Below, one piece after another: positions 57,537-64,000 of a stretch of DNA of 64,000 nucleotides (positions are counted from its first letter, which is position 1; each line of letters opens with the position of its first letter). Source of the DNA: a virus. Taxonomy: Duplodnaviria > Caudoviricetes. The notes under the pieces were generated by a model. That model was not told the DNA's origin, did not search any database, and saw nothing but the letters and a program-made list of their open reading frames with translations. The stretch covers positions 804-64,803 of IMG/VR virus record IMGVR_UViG_3300042904_000368; one strand, 5' to 3'. A program made the translations under genes and the position numbers.

Positions 57537-58876
57537 TGGCTGTTGTTGAGGATGTGCTGGCTACGCGGCTGGATTTGCTGGGCGAAGGGCAATACACGAC
57601 CGGACTTGGCAGGGCTGCCGGTGCACTTCAAGCGTTCGGGATTACCGGCGCAACCGGCGCGGCAGGGCTGGCGTTTTTTGGGCGGGCCGCGCTGGCAGCC
57701 GGGGAAGACGTGGCGATCTTTGGACGCGCCGCCGCTAACTTCAAGGGAACCTTCCCTGCAGATGACATCGCCGCTTTCACCGGGGAACTGGAAGGACTGA
57801 CCGGCATCGCCGACGATTCCATTGCGGGGTTTCTGGGGCTACTGGGCACGTTCCAGCTAACAGGCGCGGCGGCGCGGCGGCTCGCGGAACCGATCCTGAA
57901 TGCTGCCGAAGCCCTGAAGGCGCAGGGGGTTTCTACTGAGCAGTTGGCGGTGCAGATTGGGAAAGCCGCACAGACCGGGGATGCCAGTTCGCTACGACGC
58001 GTCGGGATCATTATTGATGATGTGGGCTTTAAGAGCCTGGATACTGCGGGGCGCGTGGAAGCCCTCGCGAAGGCGCTGAACTCGCAGGGCGGAGCCACAG
58101 CAGCGCGAGACGCCCTGAACACGCTACCGGGCGCGATAGCGGGCGCAACGACCGCAGTTGGTTCGCTCACCGAAGCTTTGGGAGCGCCGTTGATCGGGCC
58201 GTTGAAGATGACGGCTGATTTGGTGCGCGGGGCGGCGAATGCTTTCACGGGACTTCCGACACCCGTTCAAACCTGCATTACGCTGATCGGTGTTGGACTG
58301 GCGGGCGCGATGGCGGTGTATTCCGCGCAGACTGCCTTTGCAGTAATGCAAACGGTTCGCCTCACTACCGCGCAACTGGCTAACGCCAACTCTGCCGGGA
58401 AGATGGCCGCTGCGAATACGGCGGCTGGCAACGCAGTAGCGGCGGGCGGGAAGGGCATTAGCGGGAAGGCGCGCGTTGTCGCAGCGGCGGCTACAGTAGC
58501 CGCCGACGTAGGGCTGGGTTTCATCCCTGATGACGCCTTTGGTAAGGGGGATGGCATCGGACGCGTGGCGCGAAACGTGGGCCTGGGTGTCGCGAACGGG
58601 GCCGGGGTTGGCTACCAGTTTGGAGGCGTTCCTGGCGCGATAGGCGGCGGCTTACTGGGTGGAATTGGTGCGGCGGGAGCGGAGACGTGGCGCACCACGA
58701 GCGAGTTTTTCGGGGGCGGCAAATCCCCAGAGAAGACCGAAGCCGAGAAGCAGACTGAGTTGCTAGCGAAGATTGCAGGCAACACTGACCCCAGCAAGTC
58801 ACCTTTGTCATCTAGTGTAATGCCGGTTGCGCGGCAGATCGGTGCAGAAATGGCGCTGGCAAACACTCTTGCCTAG
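57536..58876 (+). CDS. Tape measure protein (short, 446 aa)
   Basis: Ala/Gly-rich helical; IGKAA..G..SSLRRVGI; LPTPVQ. Confidence 0.8.
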   Translation: MAVVEDVLATRLDLLGEGQYTTGLGRAAGALQAFGITGATGAAGLAFFGRAALAAGEDVAIFGRAAANFKGTFPADDIAAFTGELEGLTGIADDSIAGFLGLLGTFQLTGAAARRLAEPILNAAEALKAQGVSTEQLAVQIGKAAQTGDASSLRRVGIIIDDVGFKSLDTAGRVEALAKALNSQGGATAARDALNTLPGAIAGATTAVGSLTEALGAPLIGPLKMTADLVRGAANAFTGLPTPVQTCITLIGVGLAGAMAVYSAQTAFAVMQTVRLTTAQLANANSAGKMAAANTAAGNAVAAGGKGISGKARVVAAAATVAADVGLGFIPDDAFGKGDGIGRVARNVGLGVANGAGVGYQFGGVPGAIGGGLLGGIGAAGAETWRTTSEFFGGGKSPEKTEAEKQTELLAKIAGNTDPSKSPLSSSVMPVARQIGAEMALANTLA

Positions 58877-58935
58877 CCTAGAGAGGCGTATCCATTCCAG
58901 ACGTTCAATGTTCATGGTTCAAGGAGAAACCGACC

Positions 58936-59532
58936 ATGAACGCCCCGATCCACGCCTGGGACTGCCCCTGCGGCACCCGCAACGCCCCGCAGTTGGCCGA
59001 GTGCCGTGCCTGTAAACGTCCGCAGAGGGATGGAAGGCCGGTGTATCCGCAGGCTGCCCCTCGCACCGCGCCTCATTCGATCCCGCAACCCGTTCCGGCG
59101 CAGGCAGCAGTGAGTGCGAGTCAATGGCGCAACCCGTTCCCTTCACATATTTGGGCCGGGATAGCCTTGGCTGGCTGCGTATTTCTGCTGATGCTGTTTA
59201 GCCAAGCAGAGCAGGCAAGGAATGCGCCGAAAGAAATAGCCGCGCGAAATGCCTTTGGAAACATGGTCGTTGAAGTGGCGAAGGAATCCCCTGGCGTGTT
59301 TGTGGGGATTTCGGCCATTGATAACGATCCAGTCATTGCCATTTCCGACAAGTGGTACAACACTCCGGGGTATGTCCGTTTGCGCTTGGTGGATCAAATG
59401 GGCAAGGCGTGGCAGCGTTGCAGGCTGACACATGGCCTCAAAGCGAACGGTGACCTGTTCATCGTGGACGCGGAGAGTAAGCACGTCGCCTCGTACGGGC
59501 ACCTATCAGGCGCGAAACTAAAGCAGGAGTAA
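58936..59532 (+). CDS. Inserted membrane protein with RanBP2-like Zn finger (moron)
   Basis: WDCPCGTRN....ECRAC, TM, extracytoplasmic domain; own AAGGAG RBS. Confidence 0.65.
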   Translation: MNAPIHAWDCPCGTRNAPQLAECRACKRPQRDGRPVYPQAAPRTAPHSIPQPVPAQAAVSASQWRNPFPSHIWAGIALAGCVFLLMLFSQAEQARNAPKEIAARNAFGNMVVEVAKESPGVFVGISAIDNDPVIAISDKWYNTPGYVRLRLVDQMGKAWQRCRLTHGLKANGDLFIVDAESKHVASYGHLSGAKLKQE

Positions 59533-59534
59533 CC

Positions 59535-62099
59535 GTGGGCCGCTATTTCGTTGAACTCGACCCCGAAGGCTTCTCTTGGGCCGCAGAACCCGGCGCAGCG
59601 TTCGAGTGGTCGGCAGTCACCTACATCGAAGCGCAGCGGAAGCGTGCCTCTCGCGTCCCGACAACGCCCCCTGAAAACTTCCTCACTATCCCTGGCATCC
59701 CCTGGGTAATGTGCAAGCCCAAGCAACTCAACCCGCTCTGGTATCAGGCTGCGGGGATGGTCGATCATGTCCTGCGGGATGCGGGCGGGCTGTGGACGTG
59801 GGCGGAGGAGTTGCTTACTTCGATCAAAACTTTCGATCCTGCCAAGAAACCAGGGCAAACGGGTTACCCTGATAACGAGTGGATCACCATCCCCACCGTC
59901 CCCGAAGACACCACCTCTCTCTTCAATCCCAACTGGACTGCCATCAGCAACGCGGCGGGGTTCGCCCTACCCGCTGATATGAAGGTTCTGGGGCAGGCGT
60001 CCGCGCCGCCAGCAGGCGGGTCGTATGTCAACACCACCCCGTTCATTCAGGTGAGGACGCCGCCCGGCCCAGACGATACGGTGGCGTTCGGTTTTGGGGA
60101 GTACTGCCTGATCTTCTCCGGCTCCGGCGTCACTCTCATCCAGGTTAGCGACTCACCGATTCCGCAGCAATACCGCCGCGTGGGCTCGTGGGGCTACTCT
60201 GCGCCCACGCGGCAAATCTCTTTCGCGGGAACGCAGAGTTTTGAGCAAACCTTGCGGTCAGTCCTGATCGTCATTTCCCCTTCCGGGCATTTGGGCCTGA
60301 TCTTTGGCGGCGGCAATGATGCTCAAGTCGTAGAGGCTTACCGCGTTGATCCCGACTCCGGCCCCGCCTTCATCGTCAACGAGCATTCGTGGTGGATTGC
60401 AGCGGCAGAGGGCGCGGGGCCGATTACCTTTCAGGCGCAGGTGGTCGGTTACGAAGAGGCGGATGGAGTGTCCTTCCAGGAAGGGCCGGTTGCTTTCGAC
60501 TTCGACCTGGGGCCGATCTACAAGCCCGCCATCGAACCCGCGATCTCGGCCTGGACTGCTATCCACACCCTTTCCCCTGGTGACCTGGAGACAGTGGTCA
60601 CCACTACCACGTTCACGCAGGAGAACACGACCAACTCCGAGCGGATTTACCTGGAGTTGGAGAATGAGATCGGGGGAACGTGGGTCAGCGACGGCACTCA
60701 CCACGCGGGCCGCTGGTATCTCAAGCTGACCCCCAGTGCCAACAGCTACCATTCCCCCTGGATTAGGGATTGGATGGTGAAGTTCCCCGTCTACCTGATC
60801 CCGCGCTTGGCGTTTCCTTTGATGCTGACGGATGGGGATTTCTCGTCGTTTGATGTCTCTACGTCCCTCTACGAAGCGGACGGGAAGCGGTTGAACGTGG
60901 ACCTGTTCGACAGTGGCCTCGCGCTGCTCGCTGATGCGGGATTTGACACCCGCGAAGGCTATCCGGTCCTGATCTGGGAGGATACGGACGACGACGAAAC
61001 TCCCGACACCATCCGTGCGGCAGGCTGGGTGCATAGGCCAGAGATTACGGAGCTAAAGGCCGAGACGGACGACGCCAACGCAATTAAGCAATACCGGCTC
61101 TCTGCCAAGGGGCTGCTGAGTAGGGCTGATTGCGGCTGGTTGATCCTGCCGCAGATGGTGGACCCGCTGGGCGGCGGGTATGTCGAGCACACGTATGCGG
61201 TCGGGCAGGCGATGCTGGCAGCGGGGATTGACGTTGTGGACCCGGCGCAATTCGTTGTGGCCACGGATACGATGGCAGGCACGGCGAGGAGCAGGTTGCG
61301 GGGCACCTGGGCCAACAAGCCCTACACGCTGCAACTCGACAGTAAGAACATCTACACGCCCAAGTATGATGAGAGCAAGTTGGCGTATGCCGAGCGGATT
61401 GCGGGGCAGTGGGCGGGGTGGAGAATTTACGAGACGCTGGGGCCACGGGTTCGGTATCACCCCGACTTGATGTTCGAACTCAGCCTGGGCGGCATTTTCT
61501 ACTACTACTCTGCGGAGCTTTATTCGAACTCCGCAGACGCCCTCGCCGCAGGCGCTCCTCGGCAGGTCTACCTCGCAGGCGCGACCCAGACCGTGCGCCC
61601 TGTAGAAGCGAACTCTATTCGCATGGAGCCGCCAAAAACCGCTCCGAAAGACGGGAGCGACGAGGAAGGCGAGCCGCTTTTTAACCCCGTGGTGATCCAT
61701 GACCCTCTCGGCTGGAACTCTCCCACCTACGAGAATTTCGTGGGCGAACCTCGACCCAAGACACTCGCCCTAGAGATGGCTGACAGCTCAGAAGCCGCAG
61801 CGATCCTCGCCCAGGTCGCGCTGCTCACTATGGGGCAGCGGGGCGTAGACCGGCAGCTAGAAGTCTCCCTGGCACCCTGGGATATGGTCGCGGTCGGGCT
61901 GGTCGATGTGGGCTATGTGGTCAGGGTGCAAGGCATGGCTCCCACTGATCGGCTGATTACCCATATCGGGGTGAGACTGCTTCAGAGCGGCCCTACATCC
62001 CAGCTACGCACTACCCTTACCGTTACCCGCCTGCCCGCTTTGGCTGTGGAAGCCGAGATTGGGATTTCTCCCTATCCAGGCCGGATCAACCCGCTTTAA
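59535..62099 (+). CDS. Large tail/baseplate hub-like protein
   Basis: Follows the tape measure; 854 aa; C-terminal DVG.VV.V...LITHI. Confidence 0.65.
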   Translation: MGRYFVELDPEGFSWAAEPGAAFEWSAVTYIEAQRKRASRVPTTPPENFLTIPGIPWVMCKPKQLNPLWYQAAGMVDHVLRDAGGLWTWAEELLTSIKTFDPAKKPGQTGYPDNEWITIPTVPEDTTSLFNPNWTAISNAAGFALPADMKVLGQASAPPAGGSYVNTTPFIQVRTPPGPDDTVAFGFGEYCLIFSGSGVTLIQVSDSPIPQQYRRVGSWGYSAPTRQISFAGTQSFEQTLRSVLIVISPSGHLGLIFGGGNDAQVVEAYRVDPDSGPAFIVNEHSWWIAAAEGAGPITFQAQVVGYEEADGVSFQEGPVAFDFDLGPIYKPAIEPAISAWTAIHTLSPGDLETVVTTTTFTQENTTNSERIYLELENEIGGTWVSDGTHHAGRWYLKLTPSANSYHSPWIRDWMVKFPVYLIPRLAFPLMLTDGDFSSFDVSTSLYEADGKRLNVDLFDSGLALLADAGFDTREGYPVLIWEDTDDDETPDTIRAAGWVHRPEITELKAETDDANAIKQYRLSAKGLLSRADCGWLILPQMVDPLGGGYVEHTYAVGQAMLAAGIDVVDPAQFVVATDTMAGTARSRLRGTWANKPYTLQLDSKNIYTPKYDESKLAYAERIAGQWAGWRIYETLGPRVRYHPDLMFELSLGGIFYYYSAELYSNSADALAAGAPRQVYLAGATQTVRPVEANSIRMEPPKTAPKDGSDEEGEPLFNPVVIHDPLGWNSPTYENFVGEPRPKTLALEMADSSEAAAILAQVALLTMGQRGVDRQLEVSLAPWDMVAVGLVDVGYVVRVQGMAPTDRLITHIGVRLLQSGPTSQLRTTLTVTRLPALAVEAEIGISPYPGRINPL

Positions 62100-62119
62100 C
62101 CAAGCCAAGCCCTCTTTCC

Positions 62120-62150
62120 AGCCGCCCTTACCCGAGGCGGCTTTTTCTTT
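62120..62150 (+). terminator. Intrinsic terminator
   Basis: AGCCGCC/GGCGGCT followed by T-tract. Confidence 0.7.
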
Positions 62151-62165
62151 GACCTAGGAGGCCGA

Positions 62166-62744
62166 ATGTCCACGCCTGCGCCTGCATCCACTTCCACCCG
62201 CCAAGGCCCGCCGCCTTACCGCGCACGTCCCGCGCATGAGATGACGGCAGGGACCACCCCCGCTACTCCCGCCACCGAGCCGCCTGTCCCGCCGCTCGCG
62301 CTGGTGGTGCGCGATATGGACCGCCTGGGGCGCATCGAGCAGGCGGCAGCGATCCTTTACCCCAACGGTGGTGACCTGGCCGTGGTGCGGCTGGCGTTGG
62401 CCGAGGCGGGCATCCCCGCGCCGCCTACTGAAGACGTGTTCGAGTTCATTCAGGGCATGGAGCGGTACGGCTACAAGCAGAAGCTAGGCGCGTTCGCTGA
62501 GCCGGTGCCTGGAAATCTCTATGTGATCCTGGGGCCGGATAAGGAGCCGGTGTCGGTAGGGATTGTCGCGAAGCTGGTGGGAGACAAGGGGACAGGGGGA
62601 ATCATCCGCGACCGTTTCTACCGCGCCGCTACTGCCGACCGGGAGGTGCAGGCCGCGCAGGTTGACGGCTGGCTGCTCTCCCCGCAGGGGTGCGCGCCGT
62701 GCATGGATCGTAAGCGACCCCGTACCGCGCCGAAGGCGGGCTAG
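62166..62744 (+). CDS. Hypothetical protein with C-terminal CxxC
   Basis: AGGAGG RBS; GCAPC. Confidence 0.65.
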   Translation: MSTPAPASTSTRQGPPPYRARPAHEMTAGTTPATPATEPPVPPLALVVRDMDRLGRIEQAAAILYPNGGDLAVVRLALAEAGIPAPPTEDVFEFIQGMERYGYKQKLGAFAEPVPGNLYVILGPDKEPVSVGIVAKLVGDKGTGGIIRDRFYRAATADREVQAAQVDGWLLSPQGCAPCMDRKRPRTAPKAG

Positions 62745-62753
62745 GTTCCCACG

Positions 62754-64000
62754 ATGCCTGGTTCTGCTTGCGATCCGGTGGAGCCGGAAAGGGAAGAGTG
62801 TATCCAGAAGGCCGCCGCGTACGACCTTGTGGCCGCCTTCGCCTCTCCCGGGTTCTGGGTCGTCAACCCGGCGACGGGCACCTATTGCCCGCCTTATAAC
62901 TCGGTCAGCGGAGAGCTTTCCGGCTACGAAGAATACACCATCGAACTGGCGTGTCACCAGTACGACACCTTCGCTCGCCGGAAGTGCGTGCATCCTGACT
63001 GGGAAAAGTCCATCGAAGTCTCTCCGCTCCCTGGGTGCAGTAAGGAGTGGGAATACCAGGGGATTGTTGATACTGGCGGGAGTACCGGCTTCCCAGACTT
63101 TGAACCCTGCCAGGAAATCCAGTGGTGGGGGAACTGCGTTCGCAGCGACGGGGGTGTGCTAGGGTCGGGTGCCTGCCCGGTTGGGCACCTCTTCTTCGAT
63201 GAGGACGACTGCCTGTGCCATGATCTCCCCTGCCCTGAAGGGGAGTGCTGCTGTCCGGGCGAGGGGGATGTAAGCGGGACGTGTATCTCCTGCTCCCCGC
63301 CTGACTGCTTCGGGGTCTTTGGCTGCTCGTGGGATTCTGGCAGTTGTTCCTACCGCTGCGAAGTCACGCCGGAGTGCGAATACAACGAGCGGTACGACTA
63401 CGACACCTGCTCCTGCGTTCCTTGCCCCGCTGGGGAGTGCTGGTGCAAGGAAACCAACTCCTGCGTGCCTTGCTCGCCTCCCCCCGACGCCGACGAAGAC
63501 GGCTGCGAGTGGAACACCGAGACTTGCGAGTGGGACTGCCACGACTGCCCTGAAGGGGAGTGTTGGTGTGAAACTACTGGGCAATGTGTCGATTGCTCCG
63601 ACCGGCCTGAGTGCTACGAGCAATTGGATTGCCGCTGGAACCCCGTAAGCTGTGAGTATGTCTGCGATGACCCCGCCATCCGATGTGGCCCTGGCCGGGC
63701 GTGGCTTCCCGCGCCGGATTGCCGCTGCGAGGCGGGTGGCGGGGCGGATATCGCGGAGTTACATACCGGCTGGCTGGTGCGGGCGTGGGGCGCAGGGGCG
63801 GAGATTTATGTAGGCACGAGCAGGGATGCGGGGGCGACGTGGGATGATGTGTTGGTCGCCAGCGATGGAGAGGCGGGGCAGTCGGCACCGGCTCTCACCG
63901 TTGACCAGCACGATACCCTGTGGGTTGCCTACCACAACACGGCGGGATTGGGCGGGACCACCTTCCTGTTTCGCAGCATGGACCTGGGGCAAACCTGGGA
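62754..64000 (+). CDS. Cys-rich repeat protein with Asp-box domain (partial, not in ORF track)
   Basis: Open from ATG 62754 to the window end; about 44 Cys; three CPxGECxC units; SRDAGATW, SMDLGQTW. Confidence 0.8.
   Translation, partial: MPGSACDPVEPEREECIQKAAAYDLVAAFASPGFWVVNPATGTYCPPYNSVSGELSGYEEYTIELACHQYDTFARRKCVHPDWEKSIEVSPLPGCSKEWEYQGIVDTGGSTGFPDFEPCQEIQWWGNCVRSDGGVLGSGACPVGHLFFDEDDCLCHDLPCPEGECCCPGEGDVSGTCISCSPPDCFGVFGCSWDSGSCSYRCEVTPECEYNERYDYDTCSCVPCPAGECWCKETNSCVPCSPPPDADEDGCEWNTETCEWDCHDCPEGECWCETTGQCVDCSDRPECYEQLDCRWNPVSCEYVCDDPAIRCGPGRAWLPAPDCRCEAGGGADIAELHTGWLVRAWGAGAEIYVGTSRDAGATWDDVLVASDGEAGQSAPALTVDQHDTLWVAYHNTAGLGGTTFLFRSMDLGQTW

Larger units (their letters stand above)
1..64000. 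mobile_element. Temperate tailed phage genome (siphovirus-like), near complete and probably circularly permuted
   Basis: Terminase, portal, capsid, tail tube, tape measure, lysis, replication and integrase/repressor modules are all present. No host housekeeping operons. Tail-type genes at both window ends. Confidence 0.95.

Noticed and set aside
1-64000. CRISPR array, diversity-generating retroelement, retron or intron
   Set aside because: No regularly spaced repeat-spacer array, no reverse transcriptase motifs, no template/variable repeat pair noticed, and core genes look uninterrupted.
1-64000. Stop-codon reassignment
   Set aside because: Core genes are intact in the standard code and end in TAA, TAG and TGA.

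Overview
The whole 64 kb window is a GC-rich tailed-phage (siphovirus-like) genome with no recognisable host chromosome. It starts and ends inside the tail region, so it is probably most of a circularly permuted genome. Modules in order: end of the tail/fibre genes (1-1038); about 50 small accessory ORFs transcribed outward from a divergent sigma70 promoter pair with an RHH regulator and a Gam-like gene (1.05-17.6 kb); a lox-like 17-8-17 inverted repeat, a DUF2335 moron, a tyrosine recombinase and a CI/Cro-like switch (17.6-22.2 kb); replication and modification genes (two DNA methyltransferases, SSB-like protein, AEP primase with GGTTAC iterons, UvrD-like helicase, RNase HI, RuvC-like resolvase; 22.3-33.1 kb); a FliA-like sigma factor coupled to a MraZ-like gene; a structured non-coding block with a degenerate tRNA-Asn (35.44-36.1 kb); a membrane-protein-rich lysis cassette with an M15 endolysin; and packaging, head, fibre and tail genes (39.3-64 kb). 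The most unusual signals are the phage sigma + MraZ pair, the tRNA-linked structured RNA cluster, a roughly 44-Cys repeat/Asp-box tail-region protein missing from the ORF track, the lox-like site, and conserved junction repeats that suggest cassette shuffling. All assignments come from reading motifs by eye; no searches or folding programs were run.
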